IMG/VR virus record: IMGVR_UViG_3300025133_000034
Length of the DNA: 64,000 nucleotides
From: an uncultured virus (IMG/VR IMGVR_UViG_3300025133_000034)
Taxonomy: Duplodnaviria; Heunggongvirae; Uroviricota; Caudoviricetes
Direction: 5' to 3' (one strand)
Shown here: positions 37,990 through 47,386 of the stretch, one piece after another
Position numbering within the stretch: the first letter of the stretch is position 1
How the letters are laid out: the number at the start of each line of letters is the position of its first letter
Translations under genes and position numbers: made by a program
The notes under the pieces: generated by a model
Seen by the model: the letters and a program-made list of their open reading frames with translations, nothing else
Databases searched by the model: none
What the model was told of the DNA's origin: nothing

Positions 37990-38145
37990 TTATTTGCTGT
38001 TTAGGGCTTCCGTTTCCAATTCAAACTGGTGTTTCAGTTTTTCTAAGTACCATTTTCTTAGCCCGACAGGTAAATTATAGGCTTCTATGAAGCTGCAGAC
38101 GCCATGGTATTGCAAAATGAAAAACTGTTCATACACAGATTCCAT
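37990..38145 (-). CDS. tail assembly chaperone, second ORF (gp51-like or frameshift extension)
   Basis: MESVYEQFFILQYHG.CSFIEAYNLPVGLRKWYL; the frame stays open upstream through the T8 run. Confidence 0.65.
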   Translation of the reverse strand: MESVYEQFFILQYHGVCSFIEAYNLPVGLRKWYLEKLKHQFELETEALNSK

Positions 38146-38152
38146 GTATGTC

Positions 38153-38998
38153 TCATCCAGGCCAAAAAAAATTCGCAGAAAGCGGCACCTCCATTTCCCT
38201 CTGTTGGAAGCACTGGCTGCAGGTGAAATCATCTTTCAGCTCTATGTTGGGTATTAATGTAGTATAAATATTTCTGATATATTTTGAATCTTTTGTGGGC
38301 ATGCTATCAATAAACGCTTCAACTTCTTGTCTATCACATATGCCATCAACACTTTCAATAAAAGCAGACAGTAGTGTTGTGATTTTTGATTCCTCGTTGT
38401 CAGAATTGGCCCGGGTGAATTCTTTTTCGCTGTAACCGTCTAAGAGTCTGAGGCCAACTGCCACCTTTGTTGTGGGGAGTTCAACAATGAATAGGCCACT
38501 CTCGGGATTAATTTCGATATCGTTATCAGCTATAAATTGTTCGTCGAAACACCGATCGGCTATCTTTGCATTTGTAAGGTCATAAAGGAAAGAGTTTTTA
38601 GCAGAACAGGTGGGACATGTTATCTCAGTCTCATACACCCTGCCATACCCGGAGGTCCTAGCTGCTATCATTATAGCAGATCGATCGCCAACCAGTAAAC
38701 TGCCAGGATCAATATCTTCTACTAGTATGTTCTCCAGCAGCCTGTCAACGGCTAACCCTTTTTTAATTAAAGCAACTGAGGATAGAATATCTTCCTCTTT
38801 GGCTGTCATGAATTTTATTTCAACAGTCTCTTGATTGTGAAGAGGGTGGCCCTCCAAATAGAACCTGCCTCTAGAGGGCAACTCTACAAATTCCGTAGGA
38901 ACTTGATAGGTGAGACCCCCGGATGCTGCAGCTGCGGCGGTGGCGGGCGGGGAGCCCGAACGACTAGGCGCGGTTGTTCGCCTTTGATTATTTCTCAT
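38153..38998 (-). CDS. baseplate hub assembly / tail chaperone (T4 gp26-like)
   Basis: VELPSRG, MTAKEEDIL, two CxxC pairs, terminal NFFWP. Confidence 0.8.
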   Translation of the reverse strand: MRNNQRRTTAPSRSGSPPATAAAAASGGLTYQVPTEFVELPSRGRFYLEGHPLHNQETVEIKFMTAKEEDILSSVALIKKGLAVDRLLENILVEDIDPGSLLVGDRSAIMIAARTSGYGRVYETEITCPTCSAKNSFLYDLTNAKIADRCFDEQFIADNDIEINPESGLFIVELPTTKVAVGLRLLDGYSEKEFTRANSDNEESKITTLLSAFIESVDGICDRQEVEAFIDSMPTKDSKYIRNIYTTLIPNIELKDDFTCSQCFQQREMEVPLSANFFWPG

Positions 38999-39013
38999 CT
39001 AAACCTCTTCTTG

Positions 39014-39610
39014 TTATTGTACAGGAATGCCGCCGGGGGTAGAATGATAAGTGGCATAATCATATGTTATGGTAGCTGATATACTGAGCATATCAGTATC
39101 CGAATTATAGTCTAGCTTACCCCAGCTAACTTTTGTAAGCCAGGCATTTTTTAATGTCCACTCTTCTATAATTCTAGTACTATCAACTAGGCCCGGGCCA
39201 TCACCAGGATCTACTCCCGCGGGGAGGACAATTCCACCACCATCTAGCTGCTTAATTCTAACTTCACCTATAGTATCTGTTACTTGGACTTTAGTTATAC
39301 CAGTTAGAAGGCTGTTTTCGTCAATAGGATTAACATAGCCAGAGTTCAATAAGGCATTATAAAATTTCGAACCAACGTTTGGATCCACAGCATCAACAAA
39401 TTCAATTGAGACATCGTCCCAAGTCACTCTTCCAGGAAATTTAAATTCGTGATTAAGAATTGCGTGCTTAGATGATCCCACTGCGTACGCAGGCTTGCTG
39501 CAGGACTTTACCATAAAAGTTAAATTAGATAATTCTGTAAAACTAACTAAAAACCTAAAACCTCTCTTAGGTTGGAACCCTCCTGGTCCTGAATCTGAAA
39601 AAAATGGCAT
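39014..39610 (-). CDS. tail tube protein (gp19-like)
   Basis: KFPGRVTWDDV, EEWTLKNAW, LDY, TITYDYA; downstream of the sheath. Confidence 0.88.
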   Translation of the reverse strand: MPFFSDSGPGGFQPKRGFRFLVSFTELSNLTFMVKSCSKPAYAVGSSKHAILNHEFKFPGRVTWDDVSIEFVDAVDPNVGSKFYNALLNSGYVNPIDENSLLTGITKVQVTDTIGEVRIKQLDGGGIVLPAGVDPGDGPGLVDSTRIIEEWTLKNAWLTKVSWGKLDYNSDTDMLSISATITYDYATYHSTPGGIPVQ

Positions 39611-39634
39611 GTGTTTAGTCTCCTAATTCTCTTA

Positions 39635-39642
39635 TAAATAGT
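39635..39642 (-). promoter_or_regulatory. putative late promoter ACTATTTA (tail tube)
   Basis: Recurrent motif. Confidence 0.65.
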
Positions 39643-39654
39643 CTAAGCTTAAAA

Positions 39655-42600
39655 TTAATCATCAAAAGAAGCACCACTTCTAGTGACAATGAAGTCAAGA
39701 GCGATAAATTCAATTGATCTAGCAGGCTTCAAGAAAATCTTTGCGTATAAAATATTTCTATCAACCAAGTCCGGAGTTGTAGTTGTGTCATCGAGTACAA
39801 CTCTGAAGTCAGTCAAACCTAGGCCGGCCTGTACACCTTCGAGGAATGGCACCACCTGACCGGTGAACCTGTCCCATGTAGCTTGTACATTTTGGTCAAA
39901 CAAAACTCTAGAAGCAATTCTAGAAATCTCTTTCTTGAGATAGATGAGAAGTCTCCTGACATTAATTCTATCTAATGCAGAGCGAGTAACCTGCAGCGTC
40001 TTCTGGCCAAAGATAACAACGCCTTCGGCGGGGAAAGTAGCAATCGGATTGATATTAGCATCGTATAGTTTGTCCCTATTAGTAGACGTTACTCTCTCCT
40101 TTACTCCTAAGACCGGAAGGCCCGCAGAGCCTTCACTTAAGCCGCCGCGAGTGAAGCCGGCTGGTGCAAACCAAACTGCTGATTTACGCTGTGAACTAGA
40201 GAAGGTACCTAGTGCAACAACTGATGGTGGCACATATAGCACAGAGTCGTTTATCGTGTCTCTAATTCTAACAAACGGGTAAAAAGTACAACCGTAGCTT
40301 GTATTTACATTCATATCCTTAAACGTGTTAACTACATCTGTAACAGAACCTGCATAGTCAGTATGCGTGGAGATACTACTATGCTCGTGTGGCGGTACAT
40401 AGTTACCTTTCAGATCAATAATTGCTAAAGAGTCTGCTCGGGACTCACAAGAATCCAGCAACGCAGTATTCAGCGTTGTGTTGGTGATTCCTGGCATTGT
40501 CGCGACATCAAACTCAACATACTCAGCATCTGAGGTGACGTCAATAGCTTTTTTCAAGCTGTAGAAGGCGTGGTTATTTAGTTCTGTGCCAGAAGTACCG
40601 TCCGGGGATGTATAAGTATTGCGAAGCGGGTCTCTTTCGGTAACATCGAACCCGTCGAAGCCGCCGAACATCGGAGATGTGAACCTGTCTACGCCGGCGT
40701 CAAGGGCGCCCGTCAGTGATCCGGAAGACACATTCCAGTTTCCGGCGTTTCCACCAGCTCGCGAGCCTGATACCCAAAGTGAGTGGTCGCTATTAGAGGT
40801 GCTCCTCTCAACGTCGTCTAGAGTGAATACCCATGAGTATCGTGACTCACCAGCGGTTTCAGCATACGGGTCATGACCTGCAGGCTGTCCTCTGAACAGG
40901 TCATAATTTGAAAAATCAAAACGCTTGCTGCTTTTCACAGTCGACTGGTATCCATAGTAAGCTTTGTTAGCCTGGACAAGACCACCCTCAGATGAACTGA
41001 CTCTCAGTCTGGAAGTGGGGAACTCAAATGAAGCTGTAAAAACGTTATTGGTATATACCATGCTTACGTCGGCTGCGGCATGTTTTTCGTAAGGACAAAG
41101 CGCAGTGGGCAAAGAACCGCTGCCGAGGACATATCCGTTTTCAGCTGAAGCAGTTATGGAGCCGCTTATCAGTTCAAATGTAAGAGGTACCGAAGGCCCG
41201 TATACACCATATGGAAGCTGGCCAGCGGCTTGTCCCAGGTCGACCACCTCGGAAGTTTGCACTCTAATTAAATCTGATTTATTGGTATATTCACCATTCT
41301 CAGTCACAAGTTTAGTTGACCGATTGTAAGAGTAGCTCATATCCCCAATTCTTCTTTTAATAAAATTAGGTGAACCCGGGTCAAGGCTGAGATTAGAGAA
41401 GCGCTCTAACACTACTGGGCTGTTGTCTGTGTCGTGGGCGCCTCTAACCACCAACGAAAAAGTACCAAAATTATTAAAATTATCTGTTGGTGCTTTGATC
41501 GATTGAATAGAGATCTTTAAATCTCTGTTTGAGGTTTCGCCACAACCAGGATCAGTCGTTGCGCCAGACCCACCCAAAGCATGTATTCTAAAGAGCTGTT
41601 GTGTATCAGTGACTGGATTAAAGTTACTGTATGTGTCGCCACGCGTGTCTTGAGAGATAAACCAGCCAGTTCGTGCGGCCTGAGCAACCTGACGACGATC
41701 GTGCCAATCTATGTTAGAAGTGGCGCCGGCGCTTTCTAACTGCAAAATAACACCAAGTACATCAGCATTGGCAGGTGTCGAACCGGTTACTTTAAGTTTA
41801 GAGTTCTCGGCTGCTATAAGGTTAGCTTCAAAAGTTTCGCCCAGCCAATGAGTTTTTAAGGCATTAGAGTCGTTACTTGTATTTACTAATTCCGAGTTGG
41901 TTCTTGTGGGGTCCGTATTAAAAACGTTTCTAATAAAGAGCTTAGAATCTCTATCAAAATTAAAGGTAGCTTCCTTGACCACGGTACCGGAAAGATTTTT
42001 CACCTTGGCAGTGAAGGTGGGGGTGGTGTTACCAGCTGCACCTTTCACAAATATTCCTGCTCCTTCGCCGTGTTGACCGGTGGAGTCTCGCATTGTGCCA
42101 GTAAGGACGACACCACCCTCTTGGCAGTACCATACAGCAGCTAATGTACCTGTGACAGCCGGGCCTGAGCCCCCCGTAAGGGCCGCTTGAGCTACTACAG
42201 AAATATCACCAGTGGGCAGTGCCAGAGTAGTGTTGTTACCTCCAGAGCCTTGCTTGTCGGCTGTGATTTTTACTTTATATGCATTTGATCCATCGGCCGC
42301 TGTAATACCAGCGATGCCAGTGCCGATTCCAGCATTTCCACCACCTGTTGCATATGCAATACGTGCATCAGAAGTACCGTTAATAGCTGCGATAAGATAG
42401 TCTGTGATATCATCGTTGGCCGCCGAGCCGGCTGCGATTCCGATTTGATTGGAAGAGCCGGATGTGAATCCGCTGACTACAACGGCGCCGTGCGTCGTGG
42501 TGTTCATGTCGATAAATATACTAGTATCGGCAGCGGCGCCGCCGATGGACGCCGGAACGTTAATTACGATTTTATGATCAGTAGAAGATCCTGCCAACCC

Positions 42601-43113
42601 ACTACCGGCGCCGGCGCTGGTGTCTAGCGCGTCTTGTGCTCCGGCATAGAGGCCAGCCCCAGGATCATACGAATCCGGATTCGGCATAACGAACAAACCG
42701 TATGCTCCGCCGGCTGTGGCCAAGGTTGTCCCGGGCGTAGCATCAGTTATCCATCCAGCCGGGCCCTTCCCGGTGGAGTCGGCATTATCTGGGTTTTGGC
42801 CAAGAATTCTGTACACAGTACATGGTGAATTATTTCTTAGCCAAGCCTGCACAGCGTACGCAGCATATGTGGGAGCAGTCAGTGATCCTCTTCGCCAAAT
42901 ATCACCGGAAGAGGGATTACCAGCGGATGGATTACCAAATTTTGCAACAAATTCGCGAAAAGATTCAACCTTTACGGGACGATGGGCCGGTCCCTTCTCG
43001 AAGCGTCCTATAACCAAAGGACCCATTCGCTCTGGTAAAGAAGGTAGATGAGATTCATCAATTTCATCAATGAAAATACCGGGTGACACAAATTTAAATT
43101 TATCTACTGACAT
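39655..43113 (-). CDS. contractile tail sheath protein (gp18-like), enlarged
   Basis: FVSPGIFIDEID, WFAPAGFTRG, LYDANINPI, FGQKTL, LDRINVRRL, PARSIEFI. Confidence 0.95.
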   Translation of the reverse strand: MSVDKFKFVSPGIFIDEIDESHLPSLPERMGPLVIGRFEKGPAHRPVKVESFREFVAKFGNPSAGNPSSGDIWRRGSLTAPTYAAYAVQAWLRNNSPCTVYRILGQNPDNADSTGKGPAGWITDATPGTTLATAGGAYGLFVMPNPDSYDPGAGLYAGAQDALDTSAGAGSGLAGSSTDHKIVINVPASIGGAAADTSIFIDMNTTTHGAVVVSGFTSGSSNQIGIAAGSAANDDITDYLIAAINGTSDARIAYATGGGNAGIGTGIAGITAADGSNAYKVKITADKQGSGGNNTTLALPTGDISVVAQAALTGGSGPAVTGTLAAVWYCQEGGVVLTGTMRDSTGQHGEGAGIFVKGAAGNTTPTFTAKVKNLSGTVVKEATFNFDRDSKLFIRNVFNTDPTRTNSELVNTSNDSNALKTHWLGETFEANLIAAENSKLKVTGSTPANADVLGVILQLESAGATSNIDWHDRRQVAQAARTGWFISQDTRGDTYSNFNPVTDTQQLFRIHALGGSGATTDPGCGETSNRDLKISIQSIKAPTDNFNNFGTFSLVVRGAHDTDNSPVVLERFSNLSLDPGSPNFIKRRIGDMSYSYNRSTKLVTENGEYTNKSDLIRVQTSEVVDLGQAAGQLPYGVYGPSVPLTFELISGSITASAENGYVLGSGSLPTALCPYEKHAAADVSMVYTNNVFTASFEFPTSRLRVSSSEGGLVQANKAYYGYQSTVKSSKRFDFSNYDLFRGQPAGHDPYAETAGESRYSWVFTLDDVERSTSNSDHSLWVSGSRAGGNAGNWNVSSGSLTGALDAGVDRFTSPMFGGFDGFDVTERDPLRNTYTSPDGTSGTELNNHAFYSLKKAIDVTSDAEYVEFDVATMPGITNTTLNTALLDSCESRADSLAIIDLKGNYVPPHEHSSISTHTDYAGSVTDVVNTFKDMNVNTSYGCTFYPFVRIRDTINDSVLYVPPSVVALGTFSSSQRKSAVWFAPAGFTRGGLSEGSAGLPVLGVKERVTSTNRDKLYDANINPIATFPAEGVVIFGQKTLQVTRSALDRINVRRLLIYLKKEISRIASRVLFDQNVQATWDRFTGQVVPFLEGVQAGLGLTDFRVVLDDTTTTPDLVDRNILYAKIFLKPARSIEFIALDFIVTRSGASFDD

Positions 43114-43167
43114 GTTGTTGCTCCTCGATTAGGCAAGTTCTAAAATTTTATGAACTTTTTTCTTTAA

Positions 43168-43175
43168 TAAATAGT
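43168..43175 (-). promoter_or_regulatory. putative late promoter ACTATTTA (sheath)
   Basis: Recurrent motif. Confidence 0.65.
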
Positions 43176-43196
43176 CACGCCTTATCACAAAATCCT

Positions 43197-44045
43197 TTAA
43201 AATCTAAATTCACCATCCTCATCTTGAACTATAATACGCTCTGAGGCAAACCTTATCTGTACTGGGTTCTCGCGACGGACGACCCGGGGCTGTTTCTGGT
43301 TCTTTCCGTCTCCTATTAAATATCCAATAACATTCATATTAATTGTTGTTTCGTATTTGCGTTCGTTGGTCGTATAGCTAGAAATGTTATTTGACATAGC
43401 ATATGCCTCTTGGATAAAAGCCTCGTATTGATTCGAATTGTGTTCAATCATCACCCTTCTATGTGCGTTGGAGACTCTTATAAAAGGTGTCATTATATCA
43501 TTCATTTGTTCCTGGTACTCAGTTCTCAAAGTAATCGCATAATCAATCTCCACATATATTGGAATGGGAATTGATATTGTTTCATAAACTATCTTTTTAT
43601 TCTTTTTGAACCTATTCAGTGGATAATGGAGTTGGCCGCCGCGGCGATATGCATCAGCATTAGCGAAAGCTCTCGTTTTATCTTGCTGTATTACCTTATT
43701 TATAGTTAGATAGCCGCCCTTGAGATCTCCTACTGGATCTACTGCAGCATATGGAATTACTCTGCTTTTATGGCTTTTTTTAACAGCCTTTCTTTCGACG
43801 GAAATGACTGGCAAAATAACCTGGCCGGTCAGATCTCTCTCTATTCCTTCAGATTTTATATTATGAGATCTTTCTGCTCCAGACCAAATCACCGGAACCT
43901 TCTTGAACCCTTTATTTGTTCCAGCCCTTATGTCCAGTGTTTCATCTAGAAACTTATATAAGGCAAAATCAATATCTTCCAATTCTGATTTAAATCTAGG
44001 GACGTCGCGGGATGTCTCTTCTTCATTTTTTGTTTTAGCTGCCAT
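43197..44045 (-). CDS. tail terminator / sheath stabiliser (gp15-like)
   Basis: KVPVIW, ILPVISV, PIYVEIDY, EQMNDI; lies between neck and sheath. Confidence 0.7.
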   Translation of the reverse strand: MAAKTKNEEETSRDVPRFKSELEDIDFALYKFLDETLDIRAGTNKGFKKVPVIWSGAERSHNIKSEGIERDLTGQVILPVISVERKAVKKSHKSRVIPYAAVDPVGDLKGGYLTINKVIQQDKTRAFANADAYRRGGQLHYPLNRFKKNKKIVYETISIPIPIYVEIDYAITLRTEYQEQMNDIMTPFIRVSNAHRRVMIEHNSNQYEAFIQEAYAMSNNISSYTTNERKYETTINMNVIGYLIGDGKNQKQPRVVRRENPVQIRFASERIIVQDEDGEFRF

Positions 44046-44529
44046 CAAAATACCCCTCGCGTGATTTAATACATTGTGCTACAATTTCTATGCGTTGGTC
44101 GGCTTGACCAAACATCTCTTTTGGTTCTTTTAGGCTCACAATTTCATAATAATTTTTACCGTAAGCAATGAAATCACCTTCTCGAACAAACAAGTTTTGA
44201 TCTTCTGTCAATCTCCTCTTATGAAAATGTACATTTAATTTAACAGTCTTGTCAACACCATATTTATCTGTTGCAGTTTCTTCTCCTTGGAACTCTATCA
44301 GGGTATAAACCCTTACCGGTGACAAAAACGTCTTAACCACTGCCTCATTGTAAAGAGGATGATAGTTTGTGTGATCTATATCAATAGGATAATACACGAT
44401 AGTCTGCCCAATTACTCTTTCTATTAATTCATCATTAACTTGTTTAACAAGGTCGCGCTCCTTCTTTCCTAAAAATAAAGGAGGGGGAGGTGTTGAAGGC
44501 TGAGACCACTTATCGTTTTCATGAGACAT
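44035..44529 (-). CDS. neck / head-closure protein (gp14-like)
   Basis: ELIERVIGQ..YY, LYNEA, REGDFI...YYEI. Confidence 0.75.
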   Translation of the reverse strand: MSHENDKWSQPSTPPPPLFLGKKERDLVKQVNDELIERVIGQTIVYYPIDIDHTNYHPLYNEAVVKTFLSPVRVYTLIEFQGEETATDKYGVDKTVKLNVHFHKRRLTEDQNLFVREGDFIAYGKNYYEIVSLKEPKEMFGQADQRIEIVAQCIKSREGYFDGS

Positions 44530-44533
44530 CTAT

Positions 44534-45823
44534 TTACCCCACAAAAATATACATGGGAAGTTTCTTCCCAGTTTCCAGGGTATTGTCCGTAATAGCTTTT
44601 TGAATTTCTGTTATCTTCTGGTAAGTCAGTTCATCAAGTACTTTTTGTAGTTCTTCTCTCAGAGATTTTTGTTCTTCACGAGCAGAAGAGATCAATTTAT
44701 CCCCATTTAAAGTGACGCTGTTGCCAGGAATCGGTATCGCACCGAATTTTGAACGTATCTGTCCTAAAGTTTCTTTCACCAAAGACAATGCGAACCTACG
44801 TATCCACTGTTTACCAATAGAGTTTATATTTGCATAAGGTATATTGGCTAACGGCAGGGTATTCATGTTGTTGACACCGGCTAGACCATCTTGTCTATCC
44901 CCTTGGTCATCCCATGGTTCAGCATCAATTGAGAATTCAAACCAAATCTTTTTAGGTCCGCCGGCGGTTGAAAGTGGAAAGATCCTTAATTTATTATTTC
45001 GCAATTCATAAGAATAATGAGAGTTTCTAGAATAGATAGCATCTTCATAAGCCATGGCCTGGGCTTTGTTTTGCCATGGAGGAATTATTTCAAAAGATGA
45101 ATCATCTGCATACATACCGTAGGTTGATAAATTACCAACTGCGTTTAGTCCACCATAATATCCATAAAACCTCCACATTGCATGCGGAGTTTTAAAGTAC
45201 ACGCGTCGGATTGTTACTCTTTTATTGCCAACTTTATTATAGAAAGGCGAATCTGTGTCATTTGCCGAGCTAGAAATAGCGGCCTGCAAATCATAATCTT
45301 GCGTGTTCGGCACAGAATCCACTGAAGAGGAATATATTGGTTGGGATCCACCTATGCCTACTTCTGATATAGAGTGATCCATGACTTTTTTAACGTAACC
45401 TAATTTAAATTTAGGATACTTTAATTCAACCTGGCTCTCTTTGAGAGCGTCTGTACGCTGACCATCATGGTCAAAAGTACCAGTCGTGGCGCCGAGGGCG
45501 CTGTGCAAGATGTTTTTTGACTGATGTACGTTGACGATATACGAATATTCTAATACTGCTTCCTCGTACGAGGCGTAGATGTTTCCAGCCGTCAACTCGA
45601 TGTCAAGCACATCGCCACCTAGTTTCTTGTAGGCGTAAGCAACTTGATCGGACGCTCCATTGATAAAATTTACGTCATATAAGTCAGAGTCTGGATCAAC
45701 GTATATACCAGATGGATAGTGCGATGAATTGCCGGATCCGGGGCCTGTTGTGGCAGTGCTTCCCGAGGACGTTAAGACAACAGTGCTTGTCACAGAAGCT
45801 GGGGATAATGTTGGTACTGCCAT
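44534..45823 (-). CDS. neck / head-tail adaptor protein (gp13-like)
   Basis: KLGGDVLDIELT, WIRRFALSLVKETLGQIRSKF..IPIPG..VTLNG. Confidence 0.85.
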   Translation of the reverse strand: MAVPTLSPASVTSTVVLTSSGSTATTGPGSGNSSHYPSGIYVDPDSDLYDVNFINGASDQVAYAYKKLGGDVLDIELTAGNIYASYEEAVLEYSYIVNVHQSKNILHSALGATTGTFDHDGQRTDALKESQVELKYPKFKLGYVKKVMDHSISEVGIGGSQPIYSSSVDSVPNTQDYDLQAAISSSANDTDSPFYNKVGNKRVTIRRVYFKTPHAMWRFYGYYGGLNAVGNLSTYGMYADDSSFEIIPPWQNKAQAMAYEDAIYSRNSHYSYELRNNKLRIFPLSTAGGPKKIWFEFSIDAEPWDDQGDRQDGLAGVNNMNTLPLANIPYANINSIGKQWIRRFALSLVKETLGQIRSKFGAIPIPGNSVTLNGDKLISSAREEQKSLREELQKVLDELTYQKITEIQKAITDNTLETGKKLPMYIFVG

Positions 45824-45837
45824 GTGTCGCTCTCTCC

Positions 45838-46350
45838 TTATGTACTAGCCACGAATACTTCCACTGTGCCTACATTGGATCCCGGGTTAATTATGATACT
45901 CTCTAGATCGGTTAATGCTGTTAATATGCCAGCTGAATCATCGTCGACGTGGACTCCTTCATCAGGAGTGCCCATAATAAAGCTTCTGCCGGCTTCCAGC
46001 AAGATAGTGCAAGATTCGTTTGCAGCGCTGTTGTCTTCGTCAGAGTCTAACTGTAGTGAGAGGCCAACGGAGTTTGTATCATCTAGGTTGGTTACGCGAA
46101 TATATTTTACATTCTGCAAATCTAGCGCACCGTCACCGCCAGTATCAGCTGTTCCCCCGGCTATAGACACAGTTGATTTAAAAACTAAAACTGTTGCATC
46201 GTCGTCTGCTGCAATAGTAACTATTCTCTTAAATACGTTTTTTATACCACTAATGCTTAATGTATTTTTTGAACCTTGCTCACTGCCGTTCAGATTAATC
46301 TGCTCAGCTATGGTCACCTTCATTGTCGCGCTTGTAATTGTGCTGGCCAT
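45838..46350 (-). CDS. putative virion structural protein
   Basis: Beta-rich; AGGAG RBS; late motif ACTAATTA 46374-46381. Confidence 0.7.
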   Translation of the reverse strand: MASTITSATMKVTIAEQINLNGSEQGSKNTLSISGIKNVFKRIVTIAADDDATVLVFKSTVSIAGGTADTGGDGALDLQNVKYIRVTNLDDTNSVGLSLQLDSDEDNSAANESCTILLEAGRSFIMGTPDEGVHVDDDSAGILTALTDLESIIINPGSNVGTVEVFVAST

Positions 46351-46395
46351 TCATACAGTCTCCTATTCCACTATAATTAGTTAGGAGATGATGAA

Positions 46396-46734
46396 TTAGG
46401 TTTCTTTCTTTGCGGTCGGCTTCTTTCTTTTCGTGGTGCGGGGCTTGAAGATCGTCTTTTTCTTTGTAACTTTCTTTACCACAGGCTTTACAATCTCTTC
46501 GACTTTCTCGATGATTTCAGCTACTTCTTCCGTAACTGTCTCAACAGCTGTTTCAACGATAGCTTCGACAACTGCTTCTTTAGCCTTCACAATTTGCGCG
46601 GCTTCTTCCTCTGTGATTACTCCGTCAGCTTCAGCCTCCTCCACAACACCCCTTAAGCGGTTGTAGGTTTCTCTTACAGAAGCATACTTTTTAGCATATT
46701 TTGGACTATGAAGTCTTCTCTTGCGCTTGCCCAT
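46396..46734 (-). CDS. hypothetical protein with basic termini and acidic core
   Basis: AAGGAG RBS; late motif 46757-46764. Confidence 0.7.
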   Translation of the reverse strand: MGKRKRRLHSPKYAKKYASVRETYNRLRGVVEEAEADGVITEEEAAQIVKAKEAVVEAIVETAVETVTEEVAEIIEKVEEIVKPVVKKVTKKKTIFKPRTTKRKKPTAKKET

Positions 46735-46774
46735 TTTAAGTCTCCTTGGTTATGAATAAATAGTGTATATATAC

Positions 46775-46808
46775 AAAAAACCCCCAACTCATTAAGAGCA
46801 GGGGGTTT
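46775..46808 (-). terminator. intrinsic terminator
   Basis: AAACCCCC-TGCTC-TTAAT-GAGTT-GGGGGTTT hairpin then T tract. Confidence 0.7.
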
Positions 46809-46833
46809 AGTGTTGATAAGACGATACTAGTTA

Positions 46834-47250
46834 TTATTCCATGTCAATGCCAGTGGCCGCATTGCAGTGTCCAGTGAAATACCACCTAACTCCATCAGTG
46901 ACACATTCAAGTTGATCACCTATTATCGCAGCGTCGTTAACGAATACTGCTTGTGCCGCTCCGGCTGAATCGGTGGCGGCGCCGTCGGCGCCGGTAGTGA
47001 TTACGCCTGTAACCGCATCGGAACCACTCAAGTCAATAGTATATCCTGCGCCTCCGGTTGGGCTAACAATAACTATAAACTTACACCACCAGCCTTTGCC
47101 AGCGGCCGAAATTGCCGGCAATACTGTTGCAAAACCGGCGGCCGTGCCCAATGTAAATAATGTGCCACAATCGGCAACCTCTAAACTTGATGCAGCAGTT
47201 AAGGCATCTACCTTCTTTCTATCTGCACTATATCTTCCTAATTTAGCCAT
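46834..47250 (-). CDS. putative capsid decoration or fibre protein
   Basis: Directly downstream of the capsid gene; GD...VTDGVRWY C-terminal motif; own late motif. Confidence 0.65.
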   Translation of the reverse strand: MAKLGRYSADRKKVDALTAASSLEVADCGTLFTLGTAAGFATVLPAISAAGKGWWCKFIVIVSPTGGAGYTIDLSGSDAVTGVITTGADGAATDSAGAAQAVFVNDAAIIGDQLECVTDGVRWYFTGHCNAATGIDME

Positions 47251-47298
47251 GTTCGTTTTCTCCTTTTATAAAAGGCGCCTTGCCTTATCAATCATTTA

Positions 47299-47306
47299 TA
47301 AATAGT
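47299..47306 (-). promoter_or_regulatory. putative late promoter ACTATTTA (post-capsid gene)
   Basis: Lies just downstream of the capsid terminator. Confidence 0.65.
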
Positions 47307-47331
47307 GTTTGGATATCATAAATACCAAAAT

Positions 47332-47367
47332 AAAAAACCCCGTCAAGAGAAAACTCAAGACGGGGTC
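47332..47367 (-). terminator. intrinsic terminator after the major capsid gene
   Basis: ACCCCGTC...GACGGGGT followed by T tract. Confidence 0.8.
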
Positions 47368-47386
47368 AAACTAAGTTACCTAGTGA

